Of a DNA stretch of 64,000 nt, positions 20,982 to 31,101 are shown one piece after another. The notes under the pieces are model-generated. The model searched no databases. It worked only from the letters and a program-made list of their open reading frames with translations, and was not told the origin of the DNA. Position numbers and translations under genes: made by a program. The DNA lies in contig CBDAOB010000005.1 in assembly GCA_965197905.1 (NCBI GenBank), positions 1,568,001 to 1,632,000 of the forward strand. Direction: 5' to 3'. The stretch is from Candidatus Latescibacterota bacterium. GTDB lineage: Bacteria; Latescibacterota; UBA2968; UBA8231. The number at the start of each line of letters is the position of its first letter. Position 1 is the stretch's first letter.

Positions 20982-23890
20982 ACGCCAACCAAGAGCGAAC
21001 AGATAACACAGCCTCGGGTTCCTACGATTTTCGGGAGATCGAGAGGCGCTGGCGCACCTATTGGTTAGAGCAGAAGACCTTCAAGACGAACGGGCCGGGG
21101 GAGGAAGGGTTTGATCAGTCCTGCCCCAAATGTTACGTGCTCGACATGTTTCCGTATACGAGCGGATCTGGTCTGCACATGGGTCACCCCAAGGGGTACA
21201 TCGCCAGCGATATCTACTGCCGCTTCAAACGCATGCAGGGTTTCAACGTTCTCCATCCCATGGGCTTCGACAGTTTCGGTCTCCCTGCCGAGCAGTACGC
21301 CATAGAGCACAACGTGCATCCGGCGGCGGCTACCGAGGAGAACATCGATATCATTCGCAGCCAGCTGCAATACCTGGGGATGGCCTACGACTGGGATAGG
21401 GAAATCGCCACCTCTCGTAGCGAGTATTACAAATGGACGCAGTGGATCTTTCTGCAGATCTACGACTCCTGGTTCGACTCGGACTGCGAGTGGATCAACG
21501 CTTCCGGTCGCCGAGTTCAGGGCCGCGCTCGTCCCGTGTCCGAGCTGATTGCGGATTTCGAGTCGGGTGCCCGGTCGCCGAGTGCGGACGACCTGGAGAC
21601 GTTGAGCGGCGACCGTTCCGTGTGGAGTGAGCTCTCAGAAGAGGAACACCATCAGGTCCTGAACAATTACCGGTTGGCTTATCAGAAGGAAGTTACGGTG
21701 AACTGGTGCCCCGGGTTGGGCACCGTTCTGGCCAACGAAGAGGTGACTAACGAGGGCAAAAGCGAGCGTGGTGATTTTCCGGTGTACAAGAAACCGCTGA
21801 GGCAGTGGATGATGCGGATTACGGAATACGCGGACCGGTTGCTGGCGGATCTCGATTCCACGTCACTCCCTGCAGGAAACGGAGAGACGTTCGAACTGAA
21901 CTGGCCTGAACCCATAAAACTCATGCAACGGAATTGGATCGGTCGCAGTGAAGGGGCAGATGTGCTGTTCGATCTGCTCGACGAGGCCGGAACAACTGTA
22001 CAGCAGCTGAACGTATTCACCACGAGGCCGGACACCCTTTTTGGTGCGACATTCATGGTGTTGGCACCCGAGCATCCATTGCTGGCGCCTGAATCCGAGC
22101 TGTTCGCCGTTCCGGAAGTATGGCCTGCAGGGACCGACGAGAGTTGGAAGGGTGACGACGGGGCGTTGGCAATCAGGGGTGCCATCGCAGCGTACATCGC
22201 CGCCGCTGCCTCCCGGTCTGCGCCGGACAGAGAGGAACGCGAGAAGACTGGGGTGTTCACAGGTATCATGGCGCGGAATCCCGTAAACGATCGGGAGATT
22301 CCGGTATTCGTAGCGGATTACGTGAGTATGGAATATGGCTCTGGGGCGATTATGGCCGTGCCGGCCCATGACGATCGAGATTTCGAGTTCGCCCGGAAAT
22401 ACGGTTTGGAGGTCGTGCAGGTCGTTTCAGACCCGAAAGCAGGATCGGAAGATTGTTTTACGGGGGAAGGCATCTCTATCAACTCGCCCGAGCTCAAGAA
22501 TGGTTCGTATGCCATCACAGGACTGCCAACAGGAGAAGCCGCAAAGACGATTGCGGCTGCGCTGGAGGCGTCCCAACGGGGCTGTCTGGCTGTGAACTAC
22601 AAACTGAGGGATTGGGTATTTTCCCGACAACGTTACTGGGGAGAGCCGTTCCCTTTGGTCCAGAGCAGCAATGGAAACGCCCTAACGACAGACATACCTG
22701 TTCTCCTGCCCGAAATGGACGACTTCCAACCCGCGATCTCCGACGATCCAGACCAGCCGGTGACACCGCCGCTGTCGCGAGCGCCGGAGGCATGGAGCAT
22801 GGTGGAGATCGATGGGGTGAACTACTGCAGGGAATTGAACGTGATGCCCCAGTGGGCTGGTTCCTGCTGGTACTTTCTACGGTTCATCGATCCGCATAAC
22901 AGCGAGGCCTTTTGTGCGAAAGATAAAGAGGCCTTGTTCATGCCGGTCGATCTCTATATCGGCGGCGCTGAACATGCGGTCCTACACCTGTTGTACACGA
23001 GGTTCTGGCACAAAGTTCTGTTCGATCTGGGGCACGTCTCAACGCCGGAGCCGTTCAAGAAACTGTTCAACCAGGGCATGATAACCGCCGATGCGTTCGT
23101 TGACGAGCGTGGCGCCTACGTGGATATCCGCGAGGTGGAAACTCGCGATGGGGAAGCGGTGCACGTCCCCTCGGGCAAGACTCTGCAACGTTTCTCGGGG
23201 AAGATGGGAAAGCGGTACAAAAACGGACTGCCTCCGGAGGAGGTCGGAGACGAATTCGGGGTCGATACGTTTCGGCTCTACGAGATGTATATGGGTCCGC
23301 TGGATGCAGGAGCGCCATGGAGCATGGAGGGCATTCGCGGCATGCAGCGCTTTCTGCAGCGGGTGTGGCGCAACTTCGTCGATCAGGACCGCAAAGCAAA
23401 GAGGGGAGGGGAACTCGCGGTCGAACTGGAAAAGAGGTTACACAAAACAATAAAAAAGGTCGCCGAAGATATAGAGGCGCTTCGATTCAATACAGCTATT
23501 GCGGCACTTATAGAGCTCAACAACGAATTGGTGCAGGCGGAGGAACACCACGACACCCTGGCGCGAACCTTTTTTCTCTTGCTGGCCCCCCTGGCTCCAC
23601 ACATCGCCGAGGAGTTGTGGGTTCTGTGGGGGTTCGGCAACGGGGACATATCATGCCAGCCCTGGCCTGTAGTGGATGCCAATCTGATAGTCGAGGAGAC
23701 TGTGGTGTTGCCGATTCAGATCAATGGCAAGGTACGAGGCAGCATCGAGGTTCCGGTTGACATCGCGGAAGCGGAACTGCGAAGAGAAATTCTGGATATG
23801 GAGAACATCCGCAAACACATTCCCGATCCATCGCTGGTGGCACGTTTTATACTGGTGCCGAAGCGCATCGTCAATATTGTGGTCAAATAA
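20978..23890 (+). CDS. leuS: Leucine--tRNA ligase
   Basis: [56 protein letters not shown] overlaps the asnS stop. Confidence 0.97.
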   Translation: MNANQERTDNTASGSYDFREIERRWRTYWLEQKTFKTNGPGEEGFDQSCPKCYVLDMFPYTSGSGLHMGHPKGYIASDIYCRFKRMQGFNVLHPMGFDSFGLPAEQYAIEHNVHPAAATEENIDIIRSQLQYLGMAYDWDREIATSRSEYYKWTQWIFLQIYDSWFDSDCEWINASGRRVQGRARPVSELIADFESGARSPSADDLETLSGDRSVWSELSEEEHHQVLNNYRLAYQKEVTVNWCPGLGTVLANEEVTNEGKSERGDFPVYKKPLRQWMMRITEYADRLLADLDSTSLPAGNGETFELNWPEPIKLMQRNWIGRSEGADVLFDLLDEAGTTVQQLNVFTTRPDTLFGATFMVLAPEHPLLAPESELFAVPEVWPAGTDESWKGDDGALAIRGAIAAYIAAAASRSAPDREEREKTGVFTGIMARNPVNDREIPVFVADYVSMEYGSGAIMAVPAHDDRDFEFARKYGLEVVQVVSDPKAGSEDCFTGEGISINSPELKNGSYAITGLPTGEAAKTIAAALEASQRGCLAVNYKLRDWVFSRQRYWGEPFPLVQSSNGNALTTDIPVLLPEMDDFQPAISDDPDQPVTPPLSRAPEAWSMVEIDGVNYCRELNVMPQWAGSCWYFLRFIDPHNSEAFCAKDKEALFMPVDLYIGGAEHAVLHLLYTRFWHKVLFDLGHVSTPEPFKKLFNQGMITADAFVDERGAYVDIREVETRDGEAVHVPSGKTLQRFSGKMGKRYKNGLPPEEVGDEFGVDTFRLYEMYMGPLDAGAPWSMEGIRGMQRFLQRVWRNFVDQDRKAKRGGELAVELEKRLHKTIKKVAEDIEALRFNTAIAALIELNNELVQAEEHHDTLARTFFLLLAPLAPHIAEELWVLWGFGNGDISCQPWPVVDANLIVEETVVLPIQINGKVRGSIEVPVDIAEAELRREILDMENIRKHIPDPSLVARFILVPKRIVNIVVK

Positions 23891-23947
23891 GCAGTAGTCC
23901 TATGTTTAGTCTCAATTTCTCTATTCTGTGCGATGATTGTATCTTGA

Positions 23948-23975
23948 GCAGCGTATAATGTATAATATGTTACTT
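23948..23975 (+). other. dif-like Xer recombination site
   Basis: GCAGCGTATAA-TGTATA-ATATGTTACTT; 22/28 identical to E. coli dif GGTGCGCATAA-TGTATA-TTATGTTAAAT. Intergenic, at the gene-strand switch. Confidence 0.7.
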
Positions 23976-23996
23976 AGATGCCCCAAAAGCTTGTAT

Positions 23997-24935
23997 TCAG
24001 GAGATGTGAATGTAATCTGAAGCATTGTCTGTCAGCTTTTCCCGGTTTTCGTAATAACGCATGGTTGTCTTGAGATCCTTGTGGCGCAGATGTGCTTGAA
24101 CCTGTTGTGGTTTGGCTCCGCCCTCAATCGCCAGCGTGCAGCAGGTGTGTCGGAACATGTGGGCGGTTACGACGCGAGACAAACCGGCCCGGTTGGCGTA
24201 TTTCTTGACGATGAGATTGATCGACTGATCGCTGAGCGGCTTTCCGTGGGACTGATTCCGCGAAAGGCTGATAAACGCCTTCAGCTTCGCCTCGTACCCG
24301 CGGGCCAAGAGTGCCTGTCTGTAGAGGCTAAGGTAATGGGAAACAACGGGTTGTATCTTGATATCCTGGGGAACCCCGCTTTTAGTCTCGGGCAACTTCA
24401 AAACCGTAAATGCACCCTCCTTGGAGAGATCTTCCCATGAGATATTAGCCGCTTCCGAGCGGCGCAATCCGCCATAGGTGAGCAAATGCAGCAAGGCTTC
24501 GTCGCGGCTGCGAACCAGATCATCCTGCTCCTCTCGGACCGCGTCGAGTATGCTCTTGATAGCTTTGTTCGATATCGCTTTTCCGGTCAGATTGTCCTCC
24601 ACCCGGTAACCCCTTACGAGGGTTGCGTCGGCCGGATTATTCTCCACAAGTCCTGCCGCTAACAGCATGCGGAAGAAGGCTTTAAGGCTCGAAAGCTTGC
24701 GGTTGATCGTGGTTCGCTTGTATCCAGATTCAGCCAGCTCGTTGCGAAACGCGATGATGTCGTGGAAGGCAATCTGACGGATTTCCGTCATTGTGGCGTT
24801 TTCGTTGCCGAAGAAGTGGACGAGGTCTCGTTTATAGGCTCGACGGGTGCGCTCGGACAGTTGGCCGGCGAGGAACTGCTGCAGCGGTGCCTCGGCAACG
24901 GGCGCCAGAACGGACTGGGTTGTTAGCTGGGTCAA
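23997..24935 (-). CDS. Tyrosine recombinase (Xer-like/resolvase, no arm-binding domain)
   Basis: SERTRRAYKRDL, TINRKLSSLKAFF, GGLRRSE, TKSG, AHMFRHT, LRHKDLKTTMRY: full R-K-H-R-H-Y set. Confidence 0.92.
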   Translation of the reverse strand: MTQLTTQSVLAPVAEAPLQQFLAGQLSERTRRAYKRDLVHFFGNENATMTEIRQIAFHDIIAFRNELAESGYKRTTINRKLSSLKAFFRMLLAAGLVENNPADATLVRGYRVEDNLTGKAISNKAIKSILDAVREEQDDLVRSRDEALLHLLTYGGLRRSEAANISWEDLSKEGAFTVLKLPETKSGVPQDIKIQPVVSHYLSLYRQALLARGYEAKLKAFISLSRNQSHGKPLSDQSINLIVKKYANRAGLSRVVTAHMFRHTCCTLAIEGGAKPQQVQAHLRHKDLKTTMRYYENREKLTDNASDYIHIS

Positions 24936-24945
24936 TGTTTTTACA

Positions 24946-25659
24946 GAGCTTGGGTCAAATGGTGTGTAAACGACTCAGGCGGCAATCTTCTTCCTTTGCG
25001 CGATGTGTGATCCATTTTCTTTTGACGTAGATCCGGTCTGCCCAGGCGTACACCAGCTCGCGGTCATCCAGCCGTCGGCTGCGCCAAGCGTGGTATTCGA
25101 CGATCCACTTATCCCGCAAACGCGCGATTGAGGACGGCGACAGCGGCGCTCCCGCTCCCAGCAGGCCGCGCAGCGCCAGCTCGAAGTCGCCTTGGGACAG
25201 ACCGTGCAGATACAGTTCCGGCAACAGCTGACCCACCTCCTTCGTACGCCGCGCAAACAGCGGCAGAATGGCGCTCTCGAAGCGCTCTTCCAGACCTCGC
25301 ACGCGTGGACGTTTTACCTCGATCGTGCCCGAGGTACAGGACAGTCGCCGCCGCTTCCCGTAGCCATTTCGATAGCCGCCGGGTGCGTCCAACGGGGCCT
25401 GACGCTGGTAGCGCGACCGCCCCAGCACCTGCGTCACTTCTTCATCCAAAACCGACTGCATCAAAGACTGAATCTGCGACCGCGTCCACGCTTCCAACGT
25501 TTCGAACGTGGGCATGGACATTTCCGCGGTGCTCAGCTTAGGTTGTGGCATGGCGATTCTCCTCTTCCTGCCGGGACAGCCCCGGCGCGTGTAATGTCTA
25601 ATTACAAAGGAAGGGTCGGATCGCCTTCTGTGTATTTCCACACCTTTTGATTATAGCTC
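24946..25659 (-). mobile_element. Internally deleted IS256-family element (714 bp)
   Basis: TIRs GAGCTTGGGTCAAATGGTGTGTAAA / GAGCTATAATCAAAAGGTGTGGAAA; 8-bp TSD TTTTTACA at 24938-24945 and 25660-25667. The transposase (GYRNGY, ELYLHGLSQGDF) is truncated just after the first-Asp region (YAWADRIYVK). Confidence 0.9.
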
Positions 25660-25780
25660 TTTTTACATTTTACAAGTGTTACAAAGGGGCAGGATTGAGC
25701 GCGGCGAGTATATTCTGCTAGGGAATGGTAAATATAAGGACGCGCGGTCAGATTGTCACTTCAACATCCTTATAGCTCCA

Positions 25781-25810
25781 AACTAACGATAACGGGTATT
25801 ATCGTTAGTT
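25781..25810. other. Perfect palindromic tyrosine-recombinase crossover site (12-6-12)
   Basis: AACTAACGATAA-CGGGTA-TTATCGTTAGTT: dif/loxP-like geometry with ATAA-N6-TTAT core, upstream of the recombinase gene. Confidence 0.75.
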
Positions 25811-25852
25811 AGATTTGGGGAGTATGAAACCCGCCAAGTAGCGTTTGACGGC

Positions 25853-27646
25853 TCAGGTGCGCTCAAAATGTCGGTCCAGCTCGGTCAGCGGAATCCGCAA
25901 GATGATCGGTCGTCCGTGTGGGCAGACGTTTGGCTTTCTGGTATTGAGAAGCCGCTGCACCAGAACCCGCATTTCCGACTCCGAGAGCTTCTCGCCCGCT
26001 CTGATCGAGGTATGACATGCGTATGAGGCTGCCACCGCTTCTTTAAGAGTGTCTCGGATCTCCTTTTCCTCAAGGATTTCCGATACGATCCGGTGAAACA
26101 AAACGCCGTCATCCCAGTTGTTCAGGTTGGCAGGTATGGAATCAACTATGACGCTGTTGGGCCCAAAATCGCGGATACCGAAACCGAGCTTTGTCAGCAG
26201 TTTACGGCTTTCGCGAATCGCTTCCATCTCCGTGTGATCTCCGCCGACGGTGAGTGGAAACAACAGCTGCTGGGAGGTGACGTTCTCGGCCTCGAAAGAG
26301 TCTATGGCTTCCTCGTAGCGGATGCGTTCGTGCGCCACGTGTTGATCGACGATCATAAGTCCGTCGCTCGACGGAGCCATGATGTATTTTCGATGGACTT
26401 GCCAGATCGGGCTGTCGTCAGAAAGTCCATCTCTGCCCGGCGAAACAACCCTCTCGAGACCGGTATGCTCCTCTACTACACCTTTTGACTGTGGCACTTG
26501 CAATTGGAGTTGTCCCGGGTCTTCGTCGGTACCTCGAGTTTTGAATCGAACGACAGACAAATCGGTGAGTTCGGTACCTCCCTCTCCGCGGTAGAGACCG
26601 GTGGGACTCGACTCTGTCACTCGGTCCGCCAACGCAACCGCGCGACCGGGAGCGCCTTCCCTGCCCAGAGTATCCATCAACGCGCTGTGAACAGCCGCTT
26701 CCAATCGTGAGCCAATCTCCCGTTCGTTCGAAATTCTGATCTCTCTCTTGCTTGGATGCACGTTCATGTCGACGGAACGGGGTTGAACCGTCAGCCAAAC
26801 CAAAAATGAGGGATGCGAGTCTCTCGGCTGCAAACCGGCGTAGGCGCGGTAGACGGCCTGGCTCAGGGTCCGTGAAAAGACAGGTCGCCCCCCGACGATG
26901 ACGAATTGCTTGGCTTTGGAGCGCCCACATCTGTCTGGCCTGCTCAGATATCCCTCGATGCGAATCTCCTGGCCTTCGTCAGATACTCCGATCAGGTCGT
27001 TCGCAGATAACAACACTCCCCCGCGGGCTGCCGGGGTCCCTGGGTGCATCTCGACAATCGTTCGCTCGCCGTGGGAAAGAGTGAAACCGATCTGCGGACA
27101 GGCGGCACCAAGTTGCGATATAACCTGGGTAATATGGCGCATTTCAGTATCGACGCGGCGCAAAAATTTTCGTCTGGCCGGTGTGTTGAAAAATAGGTTG
27201 CGCACGTGTACGGTTGTACCGCGCGATCTGCCGATCGATTCAAGGGTCCGCCGGATCCCCCCTTCTATGACGAGGCGGGTGCCCGCAGCATCGTCACCGA
27301 AGCGGGATTCGATCGTCAATCTCGAGACAGCTGCGACGCTGGCGAGAGCCTCGCCGCGAAACCCCAAGGTTGCAATGTCAGAAAGATCAGCTGCAGATCT
27401 CAGTTTGCTGGTAGCGTGCCGCGCGACCGAGAGTTTGACGTCTTCAAGCTTCATGCCACTTCCGTCGTCCGTGACATGTATGGCATGTCGGCCGCCCTCC
27501 ACGACGTTTACGACGATGGTGCGTGCGCCAGCGTCGACGGAGTTTTCAATCAGTTCCTTTACCACCGAAGCGGGACGTTCGATCACCTCTCCCGCGGCGA
27601 TCTTTGAAACCATGCTGTCCGATAACACTTGAATCGTTGGGGCCAT
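25853..27646 (-). CDS. mutL: DNA mismatch repair endonuclease MutL
   Basis: KIAAGEVIERPASVVKELIENSVDAGA, GFRGEALAS, DQHVAHERIRYE, CPHGRP. Confidence 0.97.
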   Translation of the reverse strand: MAPTIQVLSDSMVSKIAAGEVIERPASVVKELIENSVDAGARTIVVNVVEGGRHAIHVTDDGSGMKLEDVKLSVARHATSKLRSAADLSDIATLGFRGEALASVAAVSRLTIESRFGDDAAGTRLVIEGGIRRTLESIGRSRGTTVHVRNLFFNTPARRKFLRRVDTEMRHITQVISQLGAACPQIGFTLSHGERTIVEMHPGTPAARGGVLLSANDLIGVSDEGQEIRIEGYLSRPDRCGRSKAKQFVIVGGRPVFSRTLSQAVYRAYAGLQPRDSHPSFLVWLTVQPRSVDMNVHPSKREIRISNEREIGSRLEAAVHSALMDTLGREGAPGRAVALADRVTESSPTGLYRGEGGTELTDLSVVRFKTRGTDEDPGQLQLQVPQSKGVVEEHTGLERVVSPGRDGLSDDSPIWQVHRKYIMAPSSDGLMIVDQHVAHERIRYEEAIDSFEAENVTSQQLLFPLTVGGDHTEMEAIRESRKLLTKLGFGIRDFGPNSVIVDSIPANLNNWDDGVLFHRIVSEILEEKEIRDTLKEAVAASYACHTSIRAGEKLSESEMRVLVQRLLNTRKPNVCPHGRPIILRIPLTELDRHFERT

Positions 27647-27673
27647 TTTTGGCAGTCTATTGCGCGGAACGCG

Positions 27674-28540
27674 CTAGTCCAGCTGTACTTCCCTCTCGTT
27701 TAGTTCCCTATCGAAGCGTGCGGATTGCAACATCCATCCAGCCAGGCGGTGGCCGCGCGAAATTTCCCCGACATCGGACAGTGCCTGGTCATCGTCGTCA
27801 AGCCGAGAGGTGAAGTTGGTAATCTGCTCTCGGATCGAGCTGGATCTGTTGACATTTTTTTGGGCGAAGGTGGCGTGGCCATGTCGCCCGTAGAACTCGG
27901 CGCTCACAGTATCCGTCGCTCCCAGGCCGTTGAATTCCACACTTGCCTCAACGCCCGTGGAAAACCGCACGAACCCGACAGCCAAATCCTCGGTGGGTCG
28001 ATTGGCGACCAAACTTCGGGCACGCGCGAGCACCGTGTCCACGGTGCCGAAGCGGCCGAGCAGAGCGAGATACGGCACGGCGTGTCGAAGGAGTATGCCT
28101 TCAGCGTCTCCTTCAAGCTGGTTTCTTGGTATCGACACATCCAATCGAAGATAGAGAATTGCTCCTACACGCCCATACTGCTGGGGTGTTGCAAGCCAGT
28201 TGGAAAGCGCAGCCACGCCAGCGTGAGTAAGGCATGCGAGGCGGCGACCCGCATCGGCATACAATCGCGTCAGCCGTTGGAGTCGGCGAATACTCGAACT
28301 GAGTGGAGGCGCGCACATGGCGTGTTTGCCTGCCGCCGCCACCTCCTGCAGCCAGTAGCTACGGTCCCTCACGGACGAGCACAGAACCATCACATGGGTA
28401 GAGGTGTCTCGCAGCGCCTCGCGGGGATCAACAAACGGACGAACAACCAGGCTCTCCCTGTTCATGGCGCTGCAATGCTCGCGGCTCAGCTGGTCAGTCG
28501 ATGCAACAACCGCAACGCCGAGCGGTTCCGATGCTGTCAT
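27674..28540 (-). CDS. Divergent Gfo/Idh/MocA-fold protein
   Basis: AAAGKHAMCAPPL, GRVGAI, EDLAVGFVRFSTG resemble the family, but GxGxxG and EKP are missing. Confidence 0.55.
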   Translation of the reverse strand: MTASEPLGVAVVASTDQLSREHCSAMNRESLVVRPFVDPREALRDTSTHVMVLCSSVRDRSYWLQEVAAAGKHAMCAPPLSSSIRRLQRLTRLYADAGRRLACLTHAGVAALSNWLATPQQYGRVGAILYLRLDVSIPRNQLEGDAEGILLRHAVPYLALLGRFGTVDTVLARARSLVANRPTEDLAVGFVRFSTGVEASVEFNGLGATDTVSAEFYGRHGHATFAQKNVNRSSSIREQITNFTSRLDDDDQALSDVGEISRGHRLAGWMLQSARFDRELNEREVQLD

Positions 28541-28718
28541 GGATTGTTTTCGATAATCGGGCTACTGGTTTTTCTGTTGCGCGATCGGGCGAGTGGCGAG
28601 ATAAGATACAGGCGGCTGAAATCGTTTGCAACGAACCAGGGCTCTGGATAGCGGATACCGTTTTTCTTGACACCTGATCGGAGTAAAACTAGCTTTGATC
28701 AGGGTAAAGGAGCTCGTT

Positions 28719-28979
28719 TTGAGCGGAATTTTCTGGGTCTTACTGGTTTTCTTGCTGGTGGCAGCGAGTAAATACGCCACCTCCGTCCGCCTTCGACATC
28801 TGCGTCAGCGAATGGAGAGAGACAAACAAACTGCAGACGACCTTTCCCGCGTACTGAACATGGCCGCAGAGCGGGAAGATGAACTGAAATCTGAGACGGC
28901 TGGTCTGCAGACGAAGCTGACAACGTTACGCAATATCGTGGCTGGTCTAGAGTGCGCAATCCTCCGCGCAGGGCGCTAG
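28719..28979 (+). CDS. Hypothetical membrane-anchored coiled-coil protein
   Basis: TTG after AAGGAG; N-terminal TM helix then heptad-rich helix. Upstream TTGACA-17-TAGCTT. Confidence 0.6.
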   Translation: MSGIFWVLLVFLLVAASKYATSVRLRHLRQRMERDKQTADDLSRVLNMAAEREDELKSETAGLQTKLTTLRNIVAGLECAILRAGR

Positions 28980-28996
28980 GGATGCGGTCGTCCTTC

Positions 28997-30013
28997 TCAC
29001 TGCCAACGCTCGAGAACGTCGTCGCGTATTTCCCTTCTAAGAAGCGGTTCGATCCTGGTTTGCGCCGCCAAGCGAATGGCAGGATCCCGTTCGTCAAACG
29101 AGAGCTGCTCCAATAGATTACGGTCGGATCGCGGATGATTGGCGACCGCCACGACCACTTCTACCTGATTGTCCCCCGATAATTGCCGCAACGTCTTTAG
29201 CGAGGTTTGTGGATGTTCCGCTACAGCCTGGCGTACCGTCGGATCGGCATCCTCGGCAAGTTTTTCCAGGATCCGCAGCGGGGTATTGATGTTCATGGCA
29301 ACAGCATGTCTCAGGGAGATGTCCCGTTCGGTGCTGGCACTGTCCAGGGAGGCCACGGGTGTGTTCCGATGTTTCAACGCGCTCAGCTTCACGGTCACCA
29401 CCGAGTCTGCCGCGAGCACGGCCAGCGAGCGTTGGGTCGCATAGATATTCTTGGTCAGCTTCTGTCGCACCACCGGATCCGGATCAAGGGCCAGGAAATC
29501 GAAAACACCCTCGGGTATCAGCTCGTTGGAGGCCAGTGCTAGGCGGACCAGGGGCTGGCTGTCACGTGCCAGCCGCAATGCCAGCTTTTCAATCGATTCA
29601 CGCAGCTCCTTTGGTGCCAGGGGTTTTCTTGTGAGGTTCAAGGCAACGCCGCTGCGAACGAAAGGGACCGGGTCGGCCGAAAGAACCCAAAGCACGCCGA
29701 GGGGCGTATGCCGGTTCGTAGCGACGTAGAACCTTACTCCTCCATCCTCGTCGTCGGCCAGCAATCCGAGCTCAGCGCCATTGGTACTCGTATTCGCCCT
29801 GAGCTTCTGCTTATTGTCCACCTGAGATTCGGTGTACAGCAGCTGTCTGACCTTCCAGCGGCCAAGCCGGCGCAGACGATCCCTGATCTTCTCTTCCTGT
29901 TCTGGCTCGTCCCGAGGTTTCGCCTTTTCCTGCGCCAACGCGGATTCCGCTGCGCCGAGGAGCACTCCAACCGACAGCACCGTCAGTATTCTCAGAAAAA
30001 TAGACATTTGCAT
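28997..30013 (-). CDS. Secreted HEAT/LRV-repeat protein
   Basis: Signal peptide (…SALA-QE) and repeats of the type VRQAVAEHPQTSLKTLRQLSGD. Confidence 0.75.
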   Translation of the reverse strand: MQMSIFLRILTVLSVGVLLGAAESALAQEKAKPRDEPEQEEKIRDRLRRLGRWKVRQLLYTESQVDNKQKLRANTSTNGAELGLLADDEDGGVRFYVATNRHTPLGVLWVLSADPVPFVRSGVALNLTRKPLAPKELRESIEKLALRLARDSQPLVRLALASNELIPEGVFDFLALDPDPVVRQKLTKNIYATQRSLAVLAADSVVTVKLSALKHRNTPVASLDSASTERDISLRHAVAMNINTPLRILEKLAEDADPTVRQAVAEHPQTSLKTLRQLSGDNQVEVVVAVANHPRSDRNLLEQLSFDERDPAIRLAAQTRIEPLLRREIRDDVLERWQ

Positions 30014-30042
30014 AGATATACCTGTCTCACGAGGCGAAGACA

Positions 30043-30059
30043 TGGCAAAATACATGCCA
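30043..30059 (-). promoter_or_regulatory. sigma-54 (-24/-12) promoter
   Basis: TGGCAT-GTATT-TTGCC about 30 bp upstream of the ATG at 30013. Confidence 0.55.
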
Positions 30060-30165
30060 GGTTGTGCGCTGTCGATCTATGCCGGGGAAGGACGAGCGCC
30101 CAAGCCGATATTGGACGGATTGGGGGTGAAAGCCCCGTTTTCCACCACAGCACGGGAGCGTCTGG

Positions 30166-31101
30166 CTACTTTTCCTGCATTTTGCGGATAAGTCGGCGGT
30201 TGAACTCACGAGCGGGGTGCGTACCAGAGACGCGCAGCAGGTAGTTGCGGGCAATCGTTTCCACGATCACAGTGATATTCTTGCCCGGGAAGAGGGGGAC
30301 GGTAATCTCCGGCACCTCGATTCCGAGGATATTGGTTGCCCGATCTTCTAGGCCGATGCGCTCAAATTCCAGATTGTCGTCCCAATCAACGAGATCGACA
30401 ACGGTTTCTACACGTTTTTGTCTCCGTGTACCTCTGATGCCGAAGAGGCGACGCACATCGACGATCCCGATTCCACGAATTTCCATGTGATTCTCCAACA
30501 CCGCCGGGCAAGAACCGACCAATATGCCCTGTGCCATTCTAGATATGACCACGGTGTCGTCGGCGACCAAGCGGTGGCCCCGTTCAACGAGGTCGAGGCC
30601 GACCTCGCTCTTGCCGATACCGCTTCGGCCAGTAAACAGAAGGCCGACGCCATCAACGTCTACAAGGGTGCCATGAACCGTCACCTGCGGTGCGAAATGA
30701 CCGTCCAGATAGAAATGTAGCAGGTGGGTGAATTTAGCGGTGTTAAACTCGGATCGAAGCAGCGGAATATCGTGAAGTTTGGCCATCTCACGCAATTCGG
30801 GTAACAGGCGACCAGTACCCGTAACAACCACGCAAGGCATTGGAAACTGGTAGATGATTTCCAAGGCTTCCCGGCGATTGGCGCGCGGCAGGCTGCGGAG
30901 GTATTCAAGTTCGTGATTGCCGAGCAGCTGTACCTGATCGAAGGTGAACAGTTCCACGAAACCTGTGAGCGCCAGACCAGGTCTATTGACATCGGCGCTA
31001 TTAATGGTCCGATCAATCCCTCCTTCCCCTGCCACCATCCGTAATCCGAGCGAACGGCCGTGGGTATTGAGAAATTTTTTAATGGAGAGTTCTGCCATCA
31101 C
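30166..31101 (-). CDS. hprK: HPr(Ser) kinase/phosphorylase
   Basis: NRPGLALTGF, HGTLVDVDGVG, GRSGIGKSE, HRLVADD, HMEIRGIGI. Confidence 0.96.
   Translation of the reverse strand: MMAELSIKKFLNTHGRSLGLRMVAGEGGIDRTINSADVNRPGLALTGFVELFTFDQVQLLGNHELEYLRSLPRANRREALEIIYQFPMPCVVVTGTGRLLPELREMAKLHDIPLLRSEFNTAKFTHLLHFYLDGHFAPQVTVHGTLVDVDGVGLLFTGRSGIGKSEVGLDLVERGHRLVADDTVVISRMAQGILVGSCPAVLENHMEIRGIGIVDVRRLFGIRGTRRQKRVETVVDLVDWDDNLEFERIGLEDRATNILGIEVPEITVPLFPGKNITVIVETIARNYLLRVSGTHPAREFNRRLIRKMQEK

Noticed and set aside
23197..23225. LeuRS KMSKS motif reading KMGKR
   Set aside because: KMGKS-type variants are known in LeuRS, and the catalytic Lys is retained.
23952..23963. 12-bp match to loxP (CGTATAATGTAT)
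   Set aside because: The second loxP arm is absent; the sequence is better explained as dif-like, not vector contamination.
23997..25810. Integron (intI/attI) interpretation
   Set aside because: No IntI-specific insertion is evident in the recombinase, and there are no attC sites or cassette array.
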